A stretch of 64,000 bases of DNA, taken from assembly GCA_965208105.1 (NCBI GenBank), contig OZ242318.1, positions 832,001-896,000 of the forward strand. The letters run 5' to 3'. This stretch comes from Candidatus Latescibacterota bacterium (GTDB taxonomy: Bacteria > Latescibacterota > UBA2968 > UBA8231). Below the pieces are notes generated by a model, which was given only the letters and a program-made list of their open reading frames with translations, was not told where the DNA came from and made no database searches. This document shows, one piece after another, positions 46,112 through 56,300 of this stretch (within the stretch, counting starts at the first letter, position 1; the number at the start of each line of letters is the position of its first letter). Position numbers and translations under genes: made by a program.

Positions 46112-47445
46112 AGGTCATACTTCTCAAATTTGTAGCGGAAAGTGGTTCGTTCGATACCGAGCAATTTCGCGGCATCGGCTTTGACCTTGTTCGCCTTCAG
46201 ATAGGCATCCCACAAAAGCTGCTTTTCAAAAGCCTCGACGCGCTCCGTCAATGTGCCGCTTTCGACGTCGTGTTCAGGCGATTGAGCGTTCAGCGAGAGG
46301 TCCTCAGGCGTAATCTGGTTGCCCTGCGCCAACACCACGGCGCGTTCGACGACGTTCTCGAGTTCCCTGACATTGCCGGCCCAGGAGTAGGTCGTCAGCA
46401 ATTCCATTGCGCTTGGATGCACTGACGACACCTTCTTGCCGATCTCGGCGTTGTACTTGAGCAGGAAATGGGCCACCAGCAGCGGAATGTCTTCGCGGCG
46501 TTCGCGCAAGGGCGGGATCTCGATGGGAACCACGTTGAGGCGGTAGTACAGATCTTCGCGGAATGCCCCTTCCTTGATGCGGTCGGGCAGGTTTCGATTG
46601 GTCGCGGCGACGAGCCGGACATCGACCGCGATGGAGCGGGTTCCCCCAACCCGCTCGAACTCCCGTTCCTGCAGGACCCGCAGCAGTTTGACCTGCATGG
46701 CCGGCGTACTCTCGCCGATCTCGTCGAGGAACAACGTACCGCCATCGGCGATCTCGAAACGTCCGGGTTTCATCTTCACGGCCTGGGTAAATGCGCCTTT
46801 CTCATGGCCGAAGAGTTCGCTTTCCAGCACGCCTTCTGCCAGCGCCGCGCAATTGACTTTGACGAATGGTTTCTCCCAGCGCGTACTGTGCTGGTGGATC
46901 GCGCGGGCAACGAGCTCTTTCCCGGTGCCGCTTTCCCCGCCGATGAGCACGGTCGAATGGATTGGCGCGACGGTTTGTATCCTGCGAAAGACCGCTTGCA
47001 TCTGAGGGCTTTTTCCCATGATCTCGTCAAAGCTGTAGCGCAGCTCGTCTTCCCGGCGCAGGTAGGCGTTTTCCTGACCGAGACGGCGTCCGGCAAGCGC
47101 CTGTTCAATTTTTACTTCGATCTGTTCGAGGGTGTACGGTTTGGTTAAAAAGTCCACCGCTCCTTTCTGCATGGCCTCGACGGCCAGCTCGATCGTGCCG
47201 AAAGCCGTCATCATTACGACACTCGTTTCGGGCGCGATCTCGGCAATGGCTTCGAGGACTTCAATCCCGGTCTTCTTTGGCATCTGGATATCGACCATGG
47301 CCAAATCGAAAGAGTACTTCTCGACCGCTGCGATCGCGTCCTCTCCGTCAAATGCAACATGGGTCGAATGCCCCAGCCCCTCAAGCGCGAGGGCGAGCCC
47401 TTCCCTGGTGCTCTTATGGTCGTCGGCAATCAGTATCCGGCTCAT
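46108..47445 (-). CDS. sigma54-dependent NtrC/ZraR-family response regulator (REC-AAA-HTH)
   Basis: ILIADD, DIQMP, GESGTGKE, ESELFGHEKGAFTQA, LFLDEIG, FREDLYYRL, C-terminal HTH; ATGA overlap with the kinase. Confidence 0.95.
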   Translation of the reverse strand: MSRILIADDHKSTREGLALALEGLGHSTHVAFDGEDAIAAVEKYSFDLAMVDIQMPKKTGIEVLEAIAEIAPETSVVMMTAFGTIELAVEAMQKGAVDFLTKPYTLEQIEVKIEQALAGRRLGQENAYLRREDELRYSFDEIMGKSPQMQAVFRRIQTVAPIHSTVLIGGESGTGKELVARAIHQHSTRWEKPFVKVNCAALAEGVLESELFGHEKGAFTQAVKMKPGRFEIADGGTLFLDEIGESTPAMQVKLLRVLQEREFERVGGTRSIAVDVRLVAATNRNLPDRIKEGAFREDLYYRLNVVPIEIPPLRERREDIPLLVAHFLLKYNAEIGKKVSSVHPSAMELLTTYSWAGNVRELENVVERAVVLAQGNQITPEDLSLNAQSPEHDVESGTLTERVEAFEKQLLWDAYLKANKVKADAAKLLGIERTTFRYKFEKYDL

Positions 47446-48902
47446 GCCAGTCTTTCCCGCTTCAGAGTCGCCGGCAGTCTGAGGGCAAACGTCGTTCCGC
47501 CGCCTTGCTTGCTCGTGCATTCGATCGTGCCTTGGTGATGCTCGACCAGCCGTTTGACGATGGCCAACCCGAGACCCGTGCCCTTGTCTTTAGTGGTAAA
47601 AAACGGGCTAAAGGCGCGTTCCGCCGTCTCGGGGGACATACCCACTCCGGTATCCCGAACCTCGACGCGGATGGCGTCGGCGTCCGCATCGACAAAACCT
47701 TCAATGGCGATGGTTCCGCCCCGGTCGATTGCTTGCGCGGCATTCTTGACCAGATTGGTGAACACCCACTTGAGTTGGTCGGCGTCTGCTTCGATGGCGG
47801 GCAAGGTGTCCAGGTTTACCGTTTGAACCTCGACAGCGCCCTCGCGCAACTCCGCATCGAGCAGCGCCAGCACTGATGCGACTACGTTTGCCAAATCCAC
47901 CGCCCCGGTCTGCAGCGGCGTCGGACGCGCGAAGTCGAGAAATTCGCTGACCAGCTGGTTCAATGACCGCACTTCGCCATCCACTTGTTCAATCAGTTGC
48001 TCCGCCTTCGGGTCGGCGGGGATTTGGCGTTTGAGCAGGCCCAGGAAAATCCGCATCCCGTTAAGCGGGTTTCTGACCTCATGGGCAAGCCCGGCCGATA
48101 GCTGTCGAAGCTCCTCGGCCATGCGCGACACCTGCTGGTCCCGCTCTTGAATCGCGACACTCATCTCGTTGAATGTCGTGGCCAGCGCGCCGACCTCGTC
48201 TTCACTGCGCGTTTCAACCTGCGTCCCGAACGCCCCTGCCTTAATTCGTCGGGTCGCTTGCGAGAGTTTCTCAATCGGCACGACGATCGACCGGGCTAAA
48301 AAGATGCTGAGAGCAACGGCAAAAACCATACCAATAACGCCGATGAGTATCATGTCGCGGCTCATCTTGGCGAGGCTTTCGAGGAACAGCACACTCGCAT
48401 CCACAGCGAGAACGGCGACGATACCACCGTGTTCGTTGCGAATGGGCGCATAAGCCGATCGGTAGAAAGCATCGTCTATGCCCTGGAAGGCGACGGAAGC
48501 GGCCCCTATCCCTCGTTTGGCCTGGTCAATATGGATTCTGTCCTCGCCCAGTGAGTGGTATTGACTGCCGATGGGTACATCGAGGCGGGAATCGACGAGG
48601 CTTTTGTATTCAAGGTCAAGCACGTACATCGCCCGCGCTTCGGAAGCGTCGCGCATGGACTGCAGCTTCTTTTGCAGCGTTCGGTACAACCGCGTGTCTT
48701 CGCCGCCCGGCTGGAGTGCGCGCAAGTAGCTTCCATTGAGTTGTGCTGCAGAGGTCTTGGCGACCGCCACTAGCCGTTCGCCCATCTCGGCGTCGAGCGC
48801 ACGCTTTGCCGTGTCGAAAAACAGATAACTACTAGCCGTCAAAACCAGGACGACGAGCAGCGCAATAGTGAGGGTCGTCTTCGTTTGGAGGCGGAATTTC
48901 AT
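47442..48902 (-). CDS. membrane sensor histidine kinase (periplasmic domain, HAMP, HisKA, HATPase)
   Basis: Two TM segments, DEVGALA HAMP, LAHEVRNPL, NLVKNA, DTGVG, FFTTK.KGTGLGL. Confidence 0.95.
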   Translation of the reverse strand: MKFRLQTKTTLTIALLVVLVLTASSYLFFDTAKRALDAEMGERLVAVAKTSAAQLNGSYLRALQPGGEDTRLYRTLQKKLQSMRDASEARAMYVLDLEYKSLVDSRLDVPIGSQYHSLGEDRIHIDQAKRGIGAASVAFQGIDDAFYRSAYAPIRNEHGGIVAVLAVDASVLFLESLAKMSRDMILIGVIGMVFAVALSIFLARSIVVPIEKLSQATRRIKAGAFGTQVETRSEDEVGALATTFNEMSVAIQERDQQVSRMAEELRQLSAGLAHEVRNPLNGMRIFLGLLKRQIPADPKAEQLIEQVDGEVRSLNQLVSEFLDFARPTPLQTGAVDLANVVASVLALLDAELREGAVEVQTVNLDTLPAIEADADQLKWVFTNLVKNAAQAIDRGGTIAIEGFVDADADAIRVEVRDTGVGMSPETAERAFSPFFTTKDKGTGLGLAIVKRLVEHHQGTIECTSKQGGGTTFALRLPATLKRERLA

Positions 48903-49043
48903 GTGTTTTGTGCGCGAATTAAAACTTAATGAATAGGGGCCTGATAAAGTATATCGTCACAAAATTAGATCAATGATCCGGGCCGTGGCGCAAATCAGCG
49001 CGGCCATCAAGCCTCCGCAGGACCCATCGAAGAATTTCTTCCC

Positions 49044-49079
49044 CGGCAAATTTCCGCCGCCCCCGGTGGAAATTTGCCG
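49044..49079. promoter_or_regulatory. candidate upstream activator sequence
   Basis: Perfect 12-bp inverted repeat CGGCAAATTTCC-N12-GGAAATTTGCCG, 52-87 bp upstream of the sigma54 -24 element. Confidence 0.65.
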
Positions 49080-49130
49080 TGTCCGTTCCAGATTCTTCCC
49101 CCAAATGCCCTGATCCAGGGGCCTTGTAGT

Positions 49131-49145
49131 TGGCACAGAAATTGC
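49131..49145 (+). promoter_or_regulatory. sigma54 (-24/-12) promoter
   Basis: TGGCAC-AGAAA-TTGC, matches the TGGCAC-N5-TTGC consensus. Confidence 0.85.
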
Positions 49146-49233
49146 GAAGTAAAAAAAATGTCCAATGCCATGGCAAAAAACGCATAACTCGGTGCTCGCA
49201 GTTTGAACTACTTCTTAACTCGGAGGAGATACC

Positions 49234-50238
49234 ATGAAACTCACCATAGGCAAACCAATCGTCGCGGTGCTTGTTCTCATTTTTGTTGGAATGAGCGGCT
49301 GTGGTGATAATCCAATTTCGCCCGCGGGCGAAAACGCTGAATCGGGCAGGTCTGAGTCGGACGGAGAGCATGGAGGCAACGAAGGCGGTGAAGGTGGTGA
49401 AAGCCACGCTGGCAGGGAAGGCGGCGAAGGCGGCGACATAGCTCTGCAACTGACACTCGACCAGGTCTACGACCATACGCGCAACGGCGCACGGCTGATC
49501 ATGTCGTACAACTCCAGCAGGGATGAATTCAGCGGGACCGTGGAAAATACGACGAATCAGACTCTGCGCCGAGTGCGGGTGGAAATACATCTGTCTAACG
49601 CAGCCAATGCGATCACCGCGGAATTGGGACCCACCACGCCGACGGACCTCGCGGCGGGTGCGAAGCTGAACATCACCCTGTCTGCCCAGGGCCAGACTTT
49701 CGACGGCTGGTCGCCCCATGTGGAGGTCGGCTCCGGAGAGAGCGGCGGCGGAGGCGAGAGTAACGAGACCAGCGGCCATGCCGAGGGCGGCGAAGGCGGC
49801 GGAGGCGATCCGTCGAGCCCGGTCCTCGCGCTCGACGAGTCGTGGGACGGCGTCGTCAACGGTCTGCGCGTGGCCATGTCCTACGACCCGGACAGGCGCT
49901 CGTTCTCGGGCATCGTCGAAAACACCATGGCGCAGACCGCCTGCTTCGTCCAGATCGAACTCAACCTCAAGCAGGGCACGCGCACGGTCGTCGAGCTGGG
50001 GCCTGATCCGGTCGGCGATCTGGCGCCGGGTGCCATGGCGACTACCGAACTGTTAGTCGACAACGAGCCGCAGGCGGCAGGGGTAGCTTTCGACGCCTGG
50101 GAGATCCATCCGGAGCTATTCGACTGCAATGGCCCCGGTCCCGACTCCACAGGTGGCGAAGGCGGTGAAAGTGGTGAAAACCACGCCGGCGGAGAAGGTG
50201 GTGAAAGTCACGACGGCAGAGAAGGCGGAGGCGGGTGA
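49234..50238 (+). CDS. lipoprotein with two repeated beta-rich (FxLYD/Ig-like) domains and Gly/Glu/His-rich linkers
   Basis: Lipobox MSGC; duplicated NGxRxxMSY...FSGxVENT...ELGP...DLAxG...FDxWxxHxE; EGGEGGESH-type linkers; GGAGGAG RBS. Confidence 0.8.
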   Translation: MKLTIGKPIVAVLVLIFVGMSGCGDNPISPAGENAESGRSESDGEHGGNEGGEGGESHAGREGGEGGDIALQLTLDQVYDHTRNGARLIMSYNSSRDEFSGTVENTTNQTLRRVRVEIHLSNAANAITAELGPTTPTDLAAGAKLNITLSAQGQTFDGWSPHVEVGSGESGGGGESNETSGHAEGGEGGGGDPSSPVLALDESWDGVVNGLRVAMSYDPDRRSFSGIVENTMAQTACFVQIELNLKQGTRTVVELGPDPVGDLAPGAMATTELLVDNEPQAAGVAFDAWEIHPELFDCNGPGPDSTGGEGGESGENHAGGEGGESHDGREGGGG

Positions 50239-50291
50239 AATTTCATCGCTGCCAACTCCACCCCCCGGTGAGATAGCAAAGCGAGAATAAG

Positions 50292-50330
50292 GCTGGTCGG
50301 TTGTAGTTTCAATCGGCCAGCTTTTTCTTT
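50292..50330 (+). terminator. Rho-independent terminator
   Basis: GCTGGTCGGTTG-TAGTTT-CAATCGGCCAGC followed by TTTTTCTTT. Confidence 0.8.
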
Positions 50331-50516
50331 GCCGCGATACCCGGGACCTCTCAGACACGCCGATGGAACTCGCCGAGTGTTTGACCTTATCCCCATCGCG
50401 CCAGCCGTTCTTGGCGCAGCTCTTGACAAATTGCCCAAAATGGCGCCTCATATTGCCTGCGCCTGAAGTTTTCGCTTACGACCGAAGAAAACCTGTGATT
50501 TCATCCGTTCTCACTC

Positions 50517-51293
50517 ATGGAGGCAAGTGCCGCAATGAATGACGAGCTCGACCCCAAACGACGTCTGAAAATTCCAGGAAGCTACAACATCCGCGACCTG
50601 GGAGGCTACGAGACCAGGGACGGAAGGCGGACCCGCTGGGGCAGGCTGCTGCGCTCCGACTCCCTGCACCGGCTCGATGCGGACTCGCAGCAGGCCCTTC
50701 TCGACTACGGCCTTCGCACCGTCATCGACCTGCGCAAGAGCGTTGAGCTGCAGACCCTGGGCCATCCCTTCATGAGGTCCGAGCAGGTGACCTGGTACCA
50801 TCAGAACATGGTCGGGGACGACCCCTGGCGGGAAGCGGACGGCATTACCCGGCCGGAAGGGGTAGCCGAGACCAAGCGCCGGACCTACTCCCTCATCCTC
50901 GACCGGCGCCGGGCGCAGGTGCGCGAGATCCTGTCGCTCCTCGCCCTGCCCGACTCGTTGCCGGCCCTCTTCCACTGCTCGGCCGGAACCGACCGGACGG
51001 GAATGATCGCGGCGCTGGCCCTTGGAATCGCCGGAGTGCCTCGCGAGGTCATCGCCCGGGACTACAGCCTGAGCGGCCGGTTCCTGCTGCTTCGCTACCT
51101 GGACGACAACCCGGAAATTTCCCCCGGAGAGATCACCTGGCAGGAATACCAGGCCCGGACCTGCCCCCCCGAGATAATGCTGGGTGTGATGGACGATCTC
51201 GACGAGCGCCACGGCGGCGTCGAAGGGTACGCGCGCGCCATCGGCCTCGACGATTCCAGGATCCAATCCCTCAGGGAGGCGCTGGTCGAATAG
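50517..51293 (+). CDS. tyrosine-protein phosphatase (Y_phosphatase3/MptpB-like)
   Basis: NIRDLGGY, LLRSD, VIDLR, HCSAGTDRTG P-loop, DYSLS. Confidence 0.88.
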   Translation: MEASAAMNDELDPKRRLKIPGSYNIRDLGGYETRDGRRTRWGRLLRSDSLHRLDADSQQALLDYGLRTVIDLRKSVELQTLGHPFMRSEQVTWYHQNMVGDDPWREADGITRPEGVAETKRRTYSLILDRRRAQVREILSLLALPDSLPALFHCSAGTDRTGMIAALALGIAGVPREVIARDYSLSGRFLLLRYLDDNPEISPGEITWQEYQARTCPPEIMLGVMDDLDERHGGVEGYARAIGLDDSRIQSLREALVE

Positions 51294-51464
51294 TGTTCCA
51301 TTTCGGCACCCCGCTCTCCGGCGAGCCGCTGCAGGAGGCATTCGGTCGAGGGCGACGGTTCGACTCCGGGCATGGCCGTTCGGAGGCTGTCACCGCCGTC
51401 GGGCCCCGCGCAGGGTCCGGACGGCGCCACCCGAAACGCGGCCGCAACAGCGGAAAGGCATACC

Positions 51465-52598
51465 TTGAATATCGTCGATAGAGGGTTCATTCACGACGGC
51501 GGCAAGGCCGCTGCCCACCAGCGCTCCTCCGCCCGAACCGCCGTCCTCGCGATGCGCGACGAAACCCTGATCGCAAGCTGCCGCCTCGGCAGCGAAAGGG
51601 AGTCCCTCGACGGCCATGAGGCGGTGTTCGCCAGCTCGGATTCAGGCAGGACCTGGGAGCTGCGCCACCACGGCTACGGACAGGGCGCCTGGGAAGACGG
51701 GACCCCCGGCGAGGTGTTCTCCTTCACCATCGCCGAGACCTCGCCTGGCGTCCTGACCGCCACCGGGATCTGGATGGACCGCACCGACCCCGAGCTTCCC
51801 ATGTCCAATCCCGTCACCCAGGGGTTCCTGCCCATGCGCATGTTCCACACCACGTCGACCGACGGGGGGTTCACGTGGGGTCCCCGGCGCCGGATGGACT
51901 CGCGGCCGCACAGGGGGGCATCCTCCGCGACCCAGGCGGTCTGGCCCTTGCCCGGAGGCCTGCTCGCCCAGCCCTACGAGTGGTGGAAGGAATACGACGA
52001 CCCCTCGCCCGGACGGCCCGGATGCTGCTTCCGCATTTCCCGGGACGGAGGTCTGAGTTGGCCGGAGTTCCTTCCCGTCGCCCGGCATCCGCGGAATCTG
52101 CTCTACTACTGGGACCTCCGCCTGGGGGTTCACCCCGATAGCGGCCGGTGGGTGGCCATGTTCTGGACCCACGATCCGGCCGCCGGCGCCGATCTCGACG
52201 TCCACGTCGCCTGGGCGACCCCCGACGCGCGCTCGTGGACGACCCCCGCCGGCAGCGGCCTGCCCGGCCAACACTGCCAGCCGGTGCCTCTCGGCGGCGA
52301 TCGTCTGCTGGCGGTCTACTCCCACCGCCGCGATCCTCCGGGCATCGCCGCCTCGATCAGCGACGACTTCGGACGCACCTGGGACCGCGGCAGAGACCTG
52401 ATGATCTACGAGAGCGGAGCAGGCACGGAGCCTGGCGCCCGGGGGCGGCGCAGTCCAAAGGAGAAGTTCGACGACATGAAGACCTGGCGCTTCGGCCATC
52501 CGCGCGGGGTGCTGCTGAGGGACGGCACCGTCCTCGTCGTGTTCTACGCCGGCAGGGACGACGTCAAGAGCGCCTGCTGGGCCAGGGTGAAGCCCTGA
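51465..52598 (+). CDS. sialidase/BNR-repeat protein
   Basis: Asp-boxes SSDSGRTW, STDGGFTW, SRDGGLSW, SDDFGRTW; TTG start after GGAAAGG. Confidence 0.8.
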   Translation: MNIVDRGFIHDGGKAAAHQRSSARTAVLAMRDETLIASCRLGSERESLDGHEAVFASSDSGRTWELRHHGYGQGAWEDGTPGEVFSFTIAETSPGVLTATGIWMDRTDPELPMSNPVTQGFLPMRMFHTTSTDGGFTWGPRRRMDSRPHRGASSATQAVWPLPGGLLAQPYEWWKEYDDPSPGRPGCCFRISRDGGLSWPEFLPVARHPRNLLYYWDLRLGVHPDSGRWVAMFWTHDPAAGADLDVHVAWATPDARSWTTPAGSGLPGQHCQPVPLGGDRLLAVYSHRRDPPGIAASISDDFGRTWDRGRDLMIYESGAGTEPGARGRRSPKEKFDDMKTWRFGHPRGVLLRDGTVLVVFYAGRDDVKSACWARVKP

Positions 52599-52828
52599 GG
52601 GCCGCCCCGCGACCGGGGATGACCGAGCAGGAGAAAAAGACCCTGGTACGAGGCAGCGACTTGCCCGGCGATTGAGTGCGCCCGCGATTCCAGCGCTTCA
52701 CCCCGCCCCCGAGTGTGTCCAGGCTGCTTTACAACCGGGCCGAAAAGGTGCCTCATTTTCTATTTTTAGGGGCTGTCCTTTCGTCTAAACCCAACAGTCC
52801 CCGGACATCGGAATTAGGACCTCGTAGC

Positions 52829-53291
52829 ATGTCGTCAAGGAAATTCACATCACTACGAATCGAAGGATGGCGCCATTTTCAGCGACGCCAACATGCAGTC
52901 GGTGTTCGCTGAAATCGAAGAGTCCGCGCCCGCATACGACGGCACCAACAACACCGGAATGCTGCAGCTCTTCCCACCTTACTGGAGTAGGCAAGCGGAG
53001 CAGGGGATTTCCAGTGCGATTTCTGGAGCCGACGTCAAGGGCCGAAACCGAAATACCCTTTCGGATGCCCTCCCTTTGGTTCCCGAAACTGTTCAGGTCA
53101 CCTGAGGTATGGGTCCGAACCACAACGGAGGCCTTTTTACTGTTGTTTCGCTTCCGTCTGGCCAGCGAGGTACAACTATACAGATGTTTAAACCAAGAAC
53201 GTTCAAACCCTCATACCCCCTCTGCGTGGATGGTCCGCGGAACCCGTTGCCTATCGGTAAACTCGTTGACCCCCACGAATACCTAACCTGA
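52829..53291 (+). pseudogene. fragmented remnants, beginning like an AAA/OLD-type ATPase N-terminus
   Basis: MSSRKFTSLRIEGWRHF followed by short unrelated ORFs; identity uncertain. Confidence 0.3.
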
Positions 53292-53309
53292 ACTCGGGAT
53301 TCCTGTTCC

Positions 53310-56300
53310 ATGAATGGTTTCAGCTTACGTTGCCCTCTTTTCATTTTTCTCGGTCTGATTCTCTCGTCGTCAGCATTCCTCCATGCTTCACCCCCGGCCG
53401 ACAGCCTCCACTTCTGCCTGCCGTTCGAATACGAGCAGTGGGAGCGGAAACGCCCGGCAGGCAAGCGGCTGGCTGATCTAAATACCGGCGAACCCCGCAC
53501 CGTTCGCCTTTTCTACTTCCTGCCCAACGACCGCCCGTTTCGTACGGACGTGGTGCAAAGAATCAAGGACGAAATCCGCAACATTCAGGTCTGGTTCGGC
53601 GAGCAGATTCAGGCGCATGGATACGGGTACAAGACCTTCCGCTTCGAGACCGACGACCAAGGGGAGCCGCTGGTTCACCGCGTGGACGGCCAACATCCCG
53701 ACAGTCATTATCTGGACAACTCGTGGGACCTTGCCCCTGAGGTTGAACAGGTGTTCGATCTGTCGAAGAGTATCGCTGTCTTCGTCATCGACAACAGCAA
53801 CAACCGGATCAACAGGACGGCGGCCGGACAGGCGAGATCGGGCTCGAAACAGAGCGGCGCCCTTCTGGTGCCGGAGGAATTCAGCTGGCAAACCCTCGCC
53901 CATGAACTGGCGCACAGCTTCGGTATGGGACACGATTTTCGCGACGACACGTTCATCCTCTCATACGGATTTGATGAACGAAGGGTTCTGTCTGCATGCG
54001 CCGCCCGGTTTCTGGCTGTTCATCCCTACTTCAATTCCGATGTCGGCGTCGAGTGGGCAGAGGCGCCAGCCATCGAACTCCTTTCCGAACATGGGTATCC
54101 GGAAGGTTCGGAGAACGTCCCCATTCGGCTGAGACTCAGCGACGCGCATGGGCTTTATCTGTTGCGGCTGCGCGTTCCCACGAGGGAGACCCACAACCCC
54201 TCCTACCTTGTAGGAGGCTGGGAACTGAAATTGTGCCGTGAAATGACGGGCGAGGAGAAAGTCGAGATTGAGATCGATTACGACGGCGTGATCCCTTCGG
54301 GCAGCGACTGGGGTTTTTCGGATCTTTCCGACCCGAAGGTGCATCCGATATCCCTCATCGTGATCGACAGGGACGGCAACAGGGCAGGCATCAGTTTCGA
54401 TCTGTGGGAAGTGTCGCGGCAGCATCAGACCACCTTCGAGCTTGCGGAGGAAGTTCACTCCGTGGCCTTTGTTCCCGGTGGCACCACCCTGGCCTCCGGC
54501 TCGGGAGAGGGAGTCGAGCTGTGGGACCTGGAGACGCGGACGGGAACCACTACCTCCCTGTCCGGCGGAGCCGGTGCGATGGCCCTTTCCCCCGACGGAG
54601 CGACCCTGGCCTCGGGGTCCGGCGCCGAGGTCCAGCTTTTGGACATGGCAAGCGGCCAGGTGATCGCCACCTTCTCCGGGCATACCGACCCGATCCGTTC
54701 CCTGGCCTTTTCACCCGACGGCGCGATGCTCGCCTCGGGGGCCGCGGACGCCATCCGGCTGTGGGACCTTGCGGCTCGAACCAGTACCGCGATTCTTCCG
54801 GTCGGCGCCGCCTCGGTGGCCTTCTCCCCCAACGGGGCGACTCTCGCCTCCGGCTCCTTCGATGGTATCCGGCTCTGGGACCTGGAGACCCAGAGGGAGG
54901 TCGCGGCGTACTGGCACGGCGGTGGGCGTGGGGTCAACACCGTCGCGTTCTCACCGGACGGAACCCTGGTCGCCTCCGGGGAGGACGATACCACCGTGCT
55001 CCTGTGGAACGTGGAAACGGGCGAGGACGTCGCCGTCCTCGAGGGGCATGATCGGCCCGTCAGAGCAGTGGCCTTTTCCACCGACGGGACCCTGCTCGCT
55101 TCCGGGGCGGACCTGGAGGTGAGTCTGTGGGATCCGGTAACGAAGGGCAGGATAGCCGCGCTGCAAGGCGAGGGAAGGGGGATCAACACCCTGGCCTTCT
55201 CTTCCGACGGCACAACCCTTGCCGCCGGAACGGGTGACGGCCGGATCGGACTGTGGGACGTGTCCGAGTGGCTACAGCCCCGTCCTCGAACGCTGATGGA
55301 GATTTCAGGGGATGACCAGCGGAGTACGACCGGTTCAGCCTTGGCGAACCCTTATGTCGTGGAAGTGAGAGATCAGTACGACAGTCCCTTGCAAGGCGTT
55401 GAGGTCACGTTTGCGGTCACGGAAGGAGATGGCACGCTCAACGAACGGTTCACGGTCGAGAAGGTGACGACCGGCGCCGACGGCCGGGCAGAGGCTCTTC
55501 TCACTCTTGGACCCGATCCGGGAACCAACACCGTTGAGGTCACGATTCCCGGAGTTGAGCTGGTGACATTCAGTGCGGTGGGGGTCGGCACACCTTCTAT
55601 CCCCCTCATGGAGGATGAATTCCAGAGGTGGCATCTCCCCGATGGGTCCATTGCCCGCCTGGGAAAAGGGCGCATAGGCCGAGGAGACAGGGTGGTTGCC
55701 TTCTCTCCGGATGGTCGGCTCCTCGCTGTTGGAAGTGAGACGGGCACCTGGCTTTACGACGTGACGACTTCCCGCGAAGTCGCCTTGTTCCCCATCGGAA
55801 ATGCGGTCATGCCGGTGGCGTTTTCCCCCGATGGATCCAAGCTCGCCTCTGCCGGGTCGCTCTGGGACGTGGCTACAGGCTCTCATACCCCTCTCGAAAC
55901 CTACTATTCAGCAGCGTTCTCTCCCGACGGGACCCTGCTCGCTCTGGGAGCATATGACGCCAGGATCATTCTGTGGGACCTGGCGGCGGGCACAACTGCC
56001 GCCACCTATGCACATCGAGGCACTGTCTACTCAGTGGCGTTTTCCCCGGACGGCACAAAGCTCGCTACGGGGAACATCGCGGGCAGGGTCTTTTTGTGGG
56101 ACGTGGCGACCGGGGCTCATGAAACCCTGGAGGGGCATACGGACGAGGTTCACTCGGTGGCATTTTCGCCCGACGGGAGGACTCTCGCTTCCGGATCCAA
56201 CGACCACACGGTCGGACTTTGGGATGTCGGGACGGGCACTCATATCACCGCGCTCGAGGGACATACGAGTTGGGTTTTCTCCGTGGCGTTTTCCCCCGAT

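Noticed and set aside
50517-51293. Phosphatase P-loop HCSAGTDRTG instead of HCxAGKDRTG
   Set aside because: Catalytic CX5R is intact; a single substitution is insufficient to claim new function.
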